Positions 40,066-48,425 of a DNA stretch of 64,000 nucleotides are shown here, in pieces. The stretch is from a phage. The stretch lies in sequence record OZ346164.1; one strand, given 5' to 3'. The notes beneath the pieces were generated by a model. It was not told the DNA's origin and made no database searches. It was given only the letters and a program-made list of their open reading frames with translations. Both the position numbers and the translations under genes were made by a program. Numbering within the stretch: position 1 is the stretch's first letter; every line of letters starts with the position of its first letter.

Positions 40066-40331
40066 CAGAGAATGAAGATACTTTTTACGTAGAAGGTTAC
40101 TTACTGTTACCACGACCAAAAGAAACTTATATGCGGGTTGATTTCTCACCAACCATTATGGATAACGTGATGTGTCATATCTTTATGCAAGGTGTCACAG
40201 CACAGCTTAAGCACGTTGATAAAGAGTGCAAAATAAAGGTTGACACTCATCCAGAAATCAAAGAGAATCACTACACATGGTTCTTACCAGACTCTAAAGA
40301 AATCTTAGCAGTTCTTAAAACGAGGAAGTAA
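40062..40331 (+). CDS. hypothetical protein
   Basis: 89 aa ORF. Confidence 0.3.
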   Translation: MTENEDTFYVEGYLLLPRPKETYMRVDFSPTIMDNVMCHIFMQGVTAQLKHVDKECKIKVDTHPEIKENHYTWFLPDSKEILAVLKTRK

Positions 40332-40333
40332 CT

Positions 40334-40660
40334 ATGCAGATTAATGGAAGAGATTTTGTAGCCGTTTACTACGAGAAAGATAAAGAGGTTGGTGTAGCAC
40401 AAGTAACTTACGGCAATGGTAAGTGGCTATATGGAACAATCGCAGTAGTAGGAACAAGAAGTGATACAAAAACTTTTAAAGATTGTGTTGACCTTCTTGA
40501 AGAATCCATCCACAATCATTGGTGTCTGATATGGATGACTGACAATGAAGTGATGGAACGTTTCAAAAAGATTGATATCAACATAGACAGCATTGAGCAT
40601 GTTGACTTGTATGAACTGACTGAGAAGGTAAATTATGAAAGTAATTCTAGCCAGAGATAA
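40334..40660 (+). CDS. hypothetical protein
   Basis: 108 aa ORF. Confidence 0.3.
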   Translation: MQINGRDFVAVYYEKDKEVGVAQVTYGNGKWLYGTIAVVGTRSDTKTFKDCVDLLEESIHNHWCLIWMTDNEVMERFKKIDINIDSIEHVDLYELTEKVNYESNSSQR

Positions 40661-40862
40661 AAAGACACGGAAAATTATCCGGTCAGCAGTATTTATTGGA
40701 AGAAATGAAGTGATTCCTTTTACAGCAAATGATGTGATAGTCTACAGGAAAAAATTAGCATTCAGTTATTGCTTACGTGGCTTTATCTCCCAGCCATTAG
40801 AAGATTTTAAAAATCGTTGTGGTAAAGGCATCATCATTCAAGAGGCAATTATTCATGGCTGA
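40635..40862 (+). CDS. hypothetical protein
   Basis: 75 aa ORF. Confidence 0.3.
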   Translation: MKVILARDKKTRKIIRSAVFIGRNEVIPFTANDVIVYRKKLAFSYCLRGFISQPLEDFKNRCGKGIIIQEAIIHG

Positions 40863-41055
40863 CTTCTGTAAAGATTGTTCTATCGAAATGTTCGGACGTG
40901 ATACAGGTGACTTAAAAGGTCTTATCACTGAAGATGACTTTAAAGCTGGTTATGCAATGCCAGTAATCTGTGAAGGTTGTGGGTGCATCTGGGTAGACCA
41001 CGAAGGGCAGCGTGTAAAACCTTCAGAAGATAAAGAATCTTGGGAGAGATGTTAA
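40819..41055 (+). CDS. Cys-rich small protein
   Basis: CKDC ... CEGCGC motifs. Confidence 0.3.
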   Translation: MVKASSFKRQLFMADFCKDCSIEMFGRDTGDLKGLITEDDFKAGYAMPVICEGCGCIWVDHEGQRVKPSEDKESWERC

Positions 41056-41841
41056 ATGGGTATTGTAAAAATCATCAATGGCGATATCTTTGCCGCATTT
41101 GATAAAGGTAAGTTTGACATTATTGGTCACGGTTGCAACTGTATGAATTTAATGGGTGCAGGTATCGCTGACAAGATTTCTAAACTTTACCCAAAAGCAT
41201 ATGAGACAGATACAGAAGTCTATCTATATGCAGGTGGCATAGGTCACAAACCCTGTGAAAATTTACTGGGTAATTTCTCTGTAGCACGTTTAAAACAAGG
41301 TCGTATAGCTAACCTTTACACTCAGCTTAAGACTGGTAAAGATGCCCGATACAGTGCTTTAGAGTCATCTTTGAAGCAACTTAACAGATACTGTGAAGTT
41401 AATCAGTTGAAGAAAGTTGGTTTACCTATGATTGGTGCAGGTATCGGTGGACTTGACCCTCAAGCCGTCACAGTTATCATCAATCAGGTGATGAAGAGCG
41501 TAGATGTTTATCTATATGTCTATGAAGGAGAGATGTACCATAAGTTACTCTCAGGTTGGAAGAACTACTGTGAACCAGAATACTTTGCAGGTGTAGCAGT
41601 GTTCACAGATAACGCAGTTACCCTCTTCAGACGAAGAAAAGGTAAGATACATCAAAGTAACCCTCCGGTTGAAAAGATGTCTCTAAGTAACGCTCTAGTT
41701 ACCCACCTGTCAAAGAGCAATCACAGAATTGCTGTAACATTTGGTAGTGATGCAGAAGCTTATATCTATGCAAGAACTGATGAGGATATTGAGGCAATCT
41801 TCTCTTCACCAGAAGTTACCTTCTTAGACGCAAAGAACTAA
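41056..41841 (+). CDS. macro-domain-like protein
   Basis: N-terminal INGDIF...GHGCNCMNLMGAGIA resembles macro (ADP-ribose binding) fold signature. Confidence 0.4.
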   Translation: MGIVKIINGDIFAAFDKGKFDIIGHGCNCMNLMGAGIADKISKLYPKAYETDTEVYLYAGGIGHKPCENLLGNFSVARLKQGRIANLYTQLKTGKDARYSALESSLKQLNRYCEVNQLKKVGLPMIGAGIGGLDPQAVTVIINQVMKSVDVYLYVYEGEMYHKLLSGWKNYCEPEYFAGVAVFTDNAVTLFRRRKGKIHQSNPPVEKMSLSNALVTHLSKSNHRIAVTFGSDAEAYIYARTDEDIEAIFSSPEVTFLDAKN

Positions 41842-41910
41842 GAAACTCTGTAGGATATTCACAATAGACTAAGCCTTTCTTATCTGGTAAATTTTTCAGG
41901 TAAGGAGGGC

Positions 41911-42093
41911 TTTTTCATTTCAGATTTGTGCAGGTAGAGTTCTGTAGAGAAATCTATAGAGAAAATTTTGAACTCCAAAGAGAAAATTCATTCTCAAACT
42001 GTGCAGGTAATCTCCAAAGAGCTTTTTCATTTTCAAAACGTGCAGACCCCGCTCAGGTCGGGCAAGAAAAATCATTTTAGAATTGTGCAGGTA
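41911..42093 (+). repeat. four direct repeats TTTTCATTTT-N-TGTGCAGGTA
   Basis: Copies at about 41911, 41983, 42022 and 42066, each ending in (T)GTGCAG(GTA). Confidence 0.6.
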
Positions 42094-42107
42094 GGTTTTT
42101 ATAGACA

Positions 42108-42150
42108 GCCAGCCCAACCCCTCTCCCCCTCTTACTCCCCCTCTCCCCAA
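42108..42150. repeat. C-rich tract (G-rich on minus strand)
   Basis: CCAGCCCAACCCCTCTCCCCCTCTTACTCCCCCTCTCCCC; five or more G-runs on complement. Confidence 0.6.
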
Positions 42151-42269
42151 AAGTCAAGAGAAAAATTTGTAGCGGATTGAAAAATAATTCTTGATTTGCG
42201 TTCTGTTTTGTGGTAGTCGTGCGCACCCGTTTCATTACAGTTTTGCCAAAAATATTTTTAAAATTTTTA

Positions 42270-42364
42270 TTGACTCTTTGAACGTGGTTATCTAATATTT
42301 GCATCAACGGAGAGGGAATAACCTTCCCCACTAAATAACTAACCTTAAACTAGGAGACTCTAAA
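42270..42364 (+). promoter_or_regulatory. type-A cassette: promoter + hairpin leader + RBS
   Basis: TTGACT-17-TAATAT then GAGAGGGAATAACCTTCCCC hairpin, ACTAAAT, TAAACTAGGAGA, ATG. Confidence 0.55.
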
Positions 42365-42745
42365 ATGGCATATCGTGCACCTAAATTCATCAATAAAGAC
42401 AACTTTCGCAACGCACTGGAGAAGGCACTTGATGAGAATTTCAAAGGTAACGTTATCGTTGTTCACTCGTTCAATTTCAAGTATGATATCAACGGGAACA
42501 AAATCAACCACTACACTGCAACCATGCTAGATGGTACACTATCAAGTGAAAAAGCCGTACTGAATGCACTAGCAGGACGCGGAAAAGTATTAGTAAGATG
42601 TGATAAGAGACGTTATCAAGGCGGCGCATATGGTTACGACGATGCTATTTATCATCTTGAAAATATGGGCTATCAAGTAGAAAAAGCTGGGGTATCACAA
42701 ATCATCGGTAGTGATGGCTACGTGACAATCTTCAAAATTAAATAA
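42365..42745 (+). CDS. small early-type protein
   Basis: 126 aa, behind type-A cassette. Confidence 0.5.
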   Translation: MAYRAPKFINKDNFRNALEKALDENFKGNVIVVHSFNFKYDINGNKINHYTATMLDGTLSSEKAVLNALAGRGKVLVRCDKRRYQGGAYGYDDAIYHLENMGYQVEKAGVSQIIGSDGYVTIFKIK

Positions 42746-42833
42746 AAAGTACTTTACAAGGGGCTTATAGTTCGATAAAGTAAGCCCCAGATAAAGAGCT
42801 TTACCACTAAATCCTAAATTGGAGAACTTAAAA
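42746..42833 (+). repeat. type-B cassette: GC hairpin + conserved leader + RBS
   Basis: AAAGTACTTTACAAGGGGCTTATAGTTCGATAAAGTAAGCCCCAGATAAAGAGCTTTACCACTAAATCC...GGAGA. Confidence 0.55.
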
Positions 42834-43124
42834 ATGGCTACTATCAAAAACGTTGTAATTCCTGCAAAAACTCGTGATGACGCTCGCATTATGGCTAAAA
42901 AGTTAGGCGGGAAAGTGGTTGACAACGGAAAACAATCTGCTGTAAGATGGGGCGTGAAGACTGATAGACAGTTGAAGTTAAAAAATTCACCAATAAACCT
43001 TTTTACATGTGTAAACACTATCGGGAAGACAAATGTATACACGAAAAAGGCATATATTAGACGCGTAGCCTTAACATCCCCCATTCGTACAATGAGAGGT
43101 TATGCAAAACTGAAAATTAACTGA
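42834..43124 (+). CDS. small early-type protein
   Basis: Start placed at conserved ATG after cassette RBS rather than track start 42819. Confidence 0.5.
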   Translation: MATIKNVVIPAKTRDDARIMAKKLGGKVVDNGKQSAVRWGVKTDRQLKLKNSPINLFTCVNTIGKTNVYTKKAYIRRVALTSPIRTMRGYAKLKIN

Positions 43125-43212
43125 TAAAGTACTTTACAGGGGGCTTAAAAGTTGGTATCTTAAGCCCCAGATAAAGAGCTTTACCACTAAATCCTAAACT
43201 GGAGATTCAAAA
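43125..43212 (+). repeat. type-B cassette
   Basis: Near-identical copy of 42746..42833. Confidence 0.55.
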
Positions 43213-43725
43213 ATGAAAACTGTAGACGCTACCTTTGAAGTTGTAAAAGAAAAATTCACCATTATCTATGAAGCGGTAAATTGCTACGAAGCAAGCCATA
43301 ACCTTGATAATTGGAAGTTTACAGATGACCATCAAGGCGGCGTGACTGTTAAAAATCCTAACTATCAGCATAATGCATTTAAATATGCAATCCCTTTGCA
43401 TTACAGCCTTAAACAGCTTTCAAGTGACTATGCAAAACAAGGCCGGGAAAATCCATCGAAAGAGGCTTACACCAGCTTACAGAAAGAACTAGAAAGAGAT
43501 TTAGAGGCTTCAGAATACAACCTTGCCGCGAAAGTTGTGGATGCAAACGGTAACACGGTTTTAGAAAGTTTTTATCTTGGTTATGCTTTCGATTGGTGCT
43601 ATCGTGACGGCGATGATTTAGAGGATAGACTAAAAGAAGAGGTGAACAATTCAGACGCAGAAACTGAAGTATTAGAACGTTTGGAATCGTTGAAAGACTC
43701 AGTGATGAATATCTTTAAGAACTAA
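43213..43725 (+). CDS. small early-type protein
   Basis: 170 aa behind type-B cassette. Confidence 0.5.
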   Translation: MKTVDATFEVVKEKFTIIYEAVNCYEASHNLDNWKFTDDHQGGVTVKNPNYQHNAFKYAIPLHYSLKQLSSDYAKQGRENPSKEAYTSLQKELERDLEASEYNLAAKVVDANGNTVLESFYLGYAFDWCYRDGDDLEDRLKEEVNNSDAETEVLERLESLKDSVMNIFKN

Positions 43726-43817
43726 ATAGCTTTCTTTACACGGGGTTATCAAGCTGGTAGGATAGCCCCAGATAAAGAGATTTATCAAATAAAGCCCTTA
43801 AACTAGGAGATTCTAAA
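43726..43817 (+). repeat. type-B cassette (variant)
   Basis: GGGGTTATCAAGCTGGTAGGATAGCCCC hairpin then conserved leader. Confidence 0.5.
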
Positions 43818-44114
43818 ATGAAATTATCAAATCAAGTGCGTGAAAATCTGAGCAAATTACTCAACAAAATTGATTTCATTGAAACATCAAGGAATAGTCA
43901 TGATGTTATGGAATGGTTACACGGCAAAATAAAAGGCCGTCGTGTAGTGATTTGCTTATGGAATAGTTGCAGGGAATATAAAAAACCTGTATTGCAAGTT
44001 AATATTTATGATGATACTTTTAAAAGTCCTGTAAAGTCTAAAAGCGATTTATTAGAATCCTATGAGATAACTGTAAATGGCAAAGTATCACGTAAAGAGG
44101 AAACACCATGTTAA
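43818..44114 (+). CDS. small early-type protein
   Basis: 98 aa. Confidence 0.45.
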   Translation: MKLSNQVRENLSKLLNKIDFIETSRNSHDVMEWLHGKIKGRRVVICLWNSCREYKKPVLQVNIYDDTFKSPVKSKSDLLESYEITVNGKVSRKEETPC

Positions 44115-44440
44115 TGACTGGTATCACTGCAATCATTGCCATTTTCGCGCTATATAAGGCATATAAAGCCTATAATCTAGCAAATAAGGCAATCACACAG
44201 CAGGTCAGCAATAACCTTGTAGAGAGCTTTCTAGGGCGTCTCAGTGATGAGCAAATAAAGCGGCTAGAGATGAGCTTCAGATACAAAGCGAAAACCTATC
44301 AGATAAGTGACATCTTCAAAGATGATTTTCAGTTAATCGATGATTATAATTCACTAATAAATGCTTTAAATATCAGTGACTTAAAAGACTACTACGCTGT
44401 AATTGTTCAAGAATTGAGCAAACGAAAACAAAACTGTTGA
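44108..44440 (+). CDS. small membrane protein
   Basis: 110 aa, N-terminal TM helix; overlaps previous gene end. Confidence 0.4.
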   Translation: MLMTGITAIIAIFALYKAYKAYNLANKAITQQVSNNLVESFLGRLSDEQIKRLEMSFRYKAKTYQISDIFKDDFQLIDDYNSLINALNISDLKDYYAVIVQELSKRKQNC

Positions 44441-44530
44441 CACTGGTTTTTAGATAGATTAAATTACACATCAACGGGGAGGGAATGACCTTCCCCACTA
44501 AATAAAGTCCTTAAACTAGGAGATTCTAAA
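44436..44530 (+). promoter_or_regulatory. type-A cassette
   Basis: TTGACA-17-TAAATT then GGGGAGGGAATGACCTTCCCC hairpin leader and AGGAG. Confidence 0.55.
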
Positions 44531-44803
44531 ATGTATACTACTAACAACGGTCGCACTTTAAATGTCACACTACGTCACTATGTAGATGGTGTCATGCACT
44601 TTGAAGACTTACAAGCTGAGCAACATATCTTAGATTGGCAAGTAGCAGGACTCCAAAAAACTGCTACGGGATACGGTAAAAAGATTCCAACCAGTTGGAA
44701 AGTACACTACGAAGGACGTTTGCGCAGAATTTATCAGGATGTGCAAAGCAATAGCGCATCGAGTTACATTATAGTAAAAGGCAAAAAACTGCATTTAATG
44801 TAA
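44531..44803 (+). CDS. small early-type protein
   Basis: 90 aa. Confidence 0.45.
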   Translation: MYTTNNGRTLNVTLRHYVDGVMHFEDLQAEQHILDWQVAGLQKTATGYGKKIPTSWKVHYEGRLRRIYQDVQSNSASSYIIVKGKKLHLM

Positions 44804-44889
44804 AGTACTTTACATGGGGCTTGGAAGTTGATATCTTAAGCCCCAGATAAAGAGCTTTACCACTCAATCCTAAATTGGAGAACTTAAAA
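44804..44889 (+). repeat. type-B cassette
   Basis: GGGGCTTGGAAGTTGATATCTTAAGCCCC hairpin then conserved leader. Confidence 0.55.
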
Positions 44890-45294
44890 ATGGCTATTAA
44901 TAACCGTGAATTATCAATGTTAAAAGCACGTTTGACCGTTAATCGAATCAACATTATGACATCATCAGCGCCTGATGAGACATTGCACAACATTATCGGA
45001 AAGATTCAAAGCGTTATTTTAGACGTTGAAAACGTAAAAAGTTCATTGGCTGACGTTGCAGCAGGTATCACGCTAGACGGTGCGCAATATGAAATGTCCG
45101 ACATGTTAGGCAAATCAAAGGTAATGAATAAAGAGCTTGATTTAAAGATGTTCCGATTTGCTGTTAAAGTATGGCTATCCGTCGAGTATGACGCTAATTT
45201 TGCAATCGCTGATTTCTTTGCCACTTGGTTACAACGTAATTTGACAAATCACGATTTTCGTGATGTCTGTGATGCAATTTATGCAGAACTCTAA
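44890..45294 (+). CDS. small early-type protein
   Basis: Start at conserved ATG (MAINNREL) rather than track start 44875. Confidence 0.5.
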   Translation: MAINNRELSMLKARLTVNRINIMTSSAPDETLHNIIGKIQSVILDVENVKSSLADVAAGITLDGAQYEMSDMLGKSKVMNKELDLKMFRFAVKVWLSVEYDANFAIADFFATWLQRNLTNHDFRDVCDAIYAEL

Positions 45295-45303
45295 AAAATT
45301 TTG

Positions 45304-45395
45304 TTGACACTGGTTTTTAGATAGATTAAATTACACATCAACGGGGAGGGAATGACCTTCCCCACTAAATAAAGTCCTAAACTGGAGATTCTAAA
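45304..45395 (+). promoter_or_regulatory. type-A cassette
   Basis: Identical to 44436..44530 over about 85 nt. Confidence 0.55.
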
Positions 45396-45599
45396 ATGGC
45401 TATTATTAACGGTTTAACCATTGAAACTACACACATCAAAGATATCAAAGTTGGCGATATAGTCCTTTCCCACGGCGTAGAAAAAACTGTCACTGCAAAG
45501 GATATCAAAGAGGATTCTTTCATGGGTAGGACTCTTTTCGGTGATTCTTATTGCTTAGGTTACCTTGCAGTTTTAAAAGTTGTCAAAAATAACAAATAA
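45396..45599 (+). CDS. small early-type protein
   Basis: 67 aa. Confidence 0.45.
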   Translation: MAIINGLTIETTHIKDIKVGDIVLSHGVEKTVTAKDIKEDSFMGRTLFGDSYCLGYLAVLKVVKNNK

Positions 45600-45683
45600 A
45601 GTACTTTACATGGGGCTTATAGTTCGATAAAGTAAGCCCCAGATAAAGAGCTTTACACAATCCTTAAACTAGGAGATTAAAAA
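45600..45683 (+). repeat. type-B cassette
   Basis: GGGGCTTATAGTTCGATAAAGTAAGCCCC hairpin. Confidence 0.55.
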
Positions 45684-45932
45684 ATGATGAATTATTTCAA
45701 TATCCCTGATACCTGCCGACTGTTGACACGAGAAGAAAACTTGGGTAAACCTTTTCTTTACCACATGCCAGATAACACACCAAAAACTTATAGTTACAAT
45801 GTCAACCGTTTTACCGCATACGCTGCAAAGAACGGTTATAAGTTGGTCACTCAAAAAGTAATGCTGGTTACAATCGCTGACGAGGTTCCTACGGTTGCAG
45901 TTAAACTAATTTTCTCAAAGAAAGTTAAATAA
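45684..45932 (+). CDS. small early-type protein
   Basis: 82 aa. Confidence 0.45.
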   Translation: MMNYFNIPDTCRLLTREENLGKPFLYHMPDNTPKTYSYNVNRFTAYAAKNGYKLVTQKVMLVTIADEVPTVAVKLIFSKKVK

Positions 45933-46016
45933 AGTACTTTACAAGGGGCTTATAGTTCGATAAAGTAAGCCCCAGATAAAGAGCTTTACACAATCCTTAA
46001 ACTAGGAGATTCAAAA
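45933..46016 (+). repeat. type-B cassette
   Basis: Identical hairpin and leader to 45600..45683. Confidence 0.55.
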
Positions 46017-46559
46017 ATGAAATGCTATCACGGAACTACTCAAGAAAATTTCCTCAACCTGATTAATAACGGTGATAAACCATCAGGCGCATGGAATTGT
46101 TCGGATATGGACGGCAATTTTTACGTGTATCCAGAAAATAAAATCTATGGCGACGATGAGGAAGAAATAGCATCAGAGGGCATTCAGCAAGCTCTAGGCA
46201 ATGCCACTATCACCGCAGCTTTTCAGATGAAGACTCAAAATATTGTTATCTTAGAACTCGATATTCCAGAGGATGAGCTAAATGATGATTATTCTTGTGA
46301 TAATATGTCGAGTGTAGCAAGTTTTACAGAGTACTTTGATGTAAATTGGATTAAAAAGGTCTATACAACAGAGTTTAACGCTATGTATTCACCTTTTTGT
46401 CTTCCTTCATTGGATAACCCAAATTTAAACTATCTTGATGAGCCTCTGGAGCTTCTTGCTAAAAGTGTCCAACAGTCGGACAGTATTCAGGTTTTTTGTG
46501 ACATCATGGACACACTAACGGGAAACATCGCAGAAGAGGATTTAAAGAGCTTTTTCTAA
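46017..46559 (+). CDS. small early-type protein
   Basis: 180 aa acidic protein. Confidence 0.45.
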   Translation: MKCYHGTTQENFLNLINNGDKPSGAWNCSDMDGNFYVYPENKIYGDDEEEIASEGIQQALGNATITAAFQMKTQNIVILELDIPEDELNDDYSCDNMSSVASFTEYFDVNWIKKVYTTEFNAMYSPFCLPSLDNPNLNYLDEPLELLAKSVQQSDSIQVFCDIMDTLTGNIAEEDLKSFF

Positions 46560-46591
46560 AAACCTATGCAATCGCCTTATAAACACTGATT

Positions 46592-46612
46592 AGCCCCTCA
46601 CAGGGGCTTTTA
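46592..46612 (+). terminator. terminator-like hairpin
   Basis: AGCCCCTCACAGGGGCT followed by TTT. Confidence 0.4.
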
Positions 46613-46625
46613 AGAGGCTTAAATC

Positions 46626-46859
46626 ATGCTTACAACCGTTTATCTTATCCTTTCTATTTGTAATGGTCATTCATGTGATTTTAAAGGGCTTGATGAGTTT
46701 ACAGGAAGTAAAGAAAATGCTGTTCAGGTCTGTCAGATAGCAAGGCAAGACTACCCCGCCAGTGATGACATACAATGTTACTTTAAGACAGAAGATGAAG
46801 ATGGTATCTATTTCGATAGTGTAGACGGTCAATATGAAATAATTATAGAAAAAGACTAG
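46626..46859 (+). CDS. small Cys-containing protein
   Basis: 77 aa. Confidence 0.4.
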   Translation: MLTTVYLILSICNGHSCDFKGLDEFTGSKENAVQVCQIARQDYPASDDIQCYFKTEDEDGIYFDSVDGQYEIIIEKD

Positions 46860-46948
46860 ACAAGCCTGATAAAAATCTGTAAATTACTAATCAACGGGGA
46901 GGGAATGACCTTCCCCACTAAACAAAATCCTAAACTGGAGATTCAAAA
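46857..46948 (+). promoter_or_regulatory. type-A cassette
   Basis: TAGACA-17-TAAATT then GGGGAGGGAATGACCTTCCCC hairpin leader. Confidence 0.5.
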
Positions 46949-47290
46949 ATGGCTTATGTAACCGTAATTACCGATAAAGCTGGCGCATCTTGGTCAACTC
47001 AGGTTAGTGATAAGATGTCGCCTATGCAGTGCCTAAAATACTTTGAACAGTGGAACAAAGGCGAGGACACAAGCCCCTTTCACGTAATGCAGATTATTCA
47101 TGTAGACAATGAAGGGAAGAAAACAACCCTGAATAGTGAGTACTACGCAAGCCGTTTTGAAACGAGAAGTAAAGCAATGAAGCTCTTACGTGAGGCCGGA
47201 TATGGTCACATTGCCGCGATAATCTGGGATGACCTTCTAAAAAGTCAACGTATCAGCTATGTAAAGCCTGAAAAAATATTCATCAGTTAA
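46949..47290 (+). CDS. small early-type protein
   Basis: 113 aa. Confidence 0.45.
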   Translation: MAYVTVITDKAGASWSTQVSDKMSPMQCLKYFEQWNKGEDTSPFHVMQIIHVDNEGKKTTLNSEYYASRFETRSKAMKLLREAGYGHIAAIIWDDLLKSQRISYVKPEKIFIS

Positions 47291-47419
47291 TCAATAACTT
47301 ACAAAAAACTTTTAAAAAAGTGTTGACAATACCCCTTGACATTGGTAACTTTGTTCGAGGGGGTTTATCTAAAAGGGATTCACTTAAAAGATTCTTTATA
47401 GATAAGCTTAAAAAATTGC

Positions 47420-47509
47420 TTGCAATCAGCTATCAAAACAAGTAAATTACTAATCAACGGGAGGGATGACCTCCCCACTAAATAAAATCCTTAAACTAGG
47501 AGAGTCAAA
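47420..47509 (+). promoter_or_regulatory. type-A cassette
   Basis: TTGCAA-17-TAAATT then GGGAGGGATGACCTCCCC hairpin leader. Confidence 0.5.
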
Positions 47510-48040
47510 ATGAACAAGTTTAAAGCTATCAACTTCATTCGTTCAAATGCTGTAATGTCAAAACCTGTAAAAGACACATACGAATTTCGCTGCAATGGGG
47601 TACACTTTGCAACCATCACTAAGTCAGAAAACGGGGCTTATTACGTACATCGTCGTAATGTTGCAACCGTTGTAGTCTCTCACTTTATGCAAGCTGTAGC
47701 GGAGTTATTACCGTTATTCTTAGAGATTTATCTAGGTGAGTGTAAAAACGTTCGTAACCACGTTAAAAACCTTTTAAACGGTTATAAAATGGCTTATGAA
47801 CGTTCTATCAAGTCCTTGAACAAGTTCTATAAAGCCCCTGTAAATACTGTTTCAATGGCTTACAGTGTAAGCGGTGAGTTGGTTAGCCTCTTCGAAGTAG
47901 AAGAAATTGAACTATATGACTCACGTCCTAGCGGTTACTCTAAGACACTGGGAGAAGGATTATCTTTCAATATCAAGAACTTAGAAAAAACTTTAAAAGA
48001 TATTGAAAAAGATATTGACGAAACAATAAAAAGTCTGTAA
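47510..48040 (+). CDS. small early-type protein
   Basis: 176 aa. Confidence 0.45.
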   Translation: MNKFKAINFIRSNAVMSKPVKDTYEFRCNGVHFATITKSENGAYYVHRRNVATVVVSHFMQAVAELLPLFLEIYLGECKNVRNHVKNLLNGYKMAYERSIKSLNKFYKAPVNTVSMAYSVSGELVSLFEVEEIELYDSRPSGYSKTLGEGLSFNIKNLEKTLKDIEKDIDETIKSL

Positions 48041-48108
48041 ATTACTAATCAACGGGGAGGGAATGACCTTCCCCACTAAATAAAACCCTTAAACTAGGAG
48101 ATTCAAAA
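48014..48108 (+). promoter_or_regulatory. type-A cassette
   Basis: TTGACG-17-TAAATT (inside end of previous gene) then hairpin leader. Confidence 0.5.
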
Positions 48109-48357
48109 ATGGCAACTATCCGCGCTACTGTTAACGAGTTCGGTTTTTCCTCTCTGGATGTTAAATTTGACATTGTAGGCACTGATAACGCCTTTGAAAT
48201 GGTGAAAGGTCTTATCAGTCAGACCATCAAAGGCTATAATCCTTCTAATGAGTTCTGGGAGGAAACAAAACAGGAAGTTCTTAAAGAGGGTTATTCTTTT
48301 CACTATTGGGGTGAAAAAATTGTCTCCCTGTACTACGACAAAGAAGGCACTAACTAA
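48109..48357 (+). CDS. small early-type protein
   Basis: 82 aa, last gene of array. Confidence 0.45.
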   Translation: MATIRATVNEFGFSSLDVKFDIVGTDNAFEMVKGLISQTIKGYNPSNEFWEETKQEVLKEGYSFHYWGEKIVSLYYDKEGTN

Positions 48358-48395
48358 TCCACGCAGCGGGGCTAAATAGCCCCAGATACCTTTAC

Positions 48396-48423
48396 AGCCC
48401 CTTTCCCATAGGGGCTTTTTTAC
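48396..48423 (+). terminator. rho-independent terminator
   Basis: AGCCCCTTTCCCATAGGGGCT hairpin plus T-run; ends small-gene array. Confidence 0.6.
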
Positions 48424-48425
48424 GT

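Noticed and set aside
41920-42331. Track ORFs 41920..42150 (-), 41968..42180 (+) and 42077..42331 (-)
   Set aside because: They are built from the direct repeats and the G/C-rich tract (for example MGRGGVRGGEGLG), lack ribosome-binding sites and overlap each other; the region is more plausibly regulatory.
42746-48425. Regularly spaced ~90 bp repeats that could be taken for a CRISPR array
   Set aside because: Repeats are about 85-95 bp, fall into two families, contain promoter and ribosome-binding motifs, and each is followed by a full ORF of variable length; this is a gene array and not repeat-spacer architecture.
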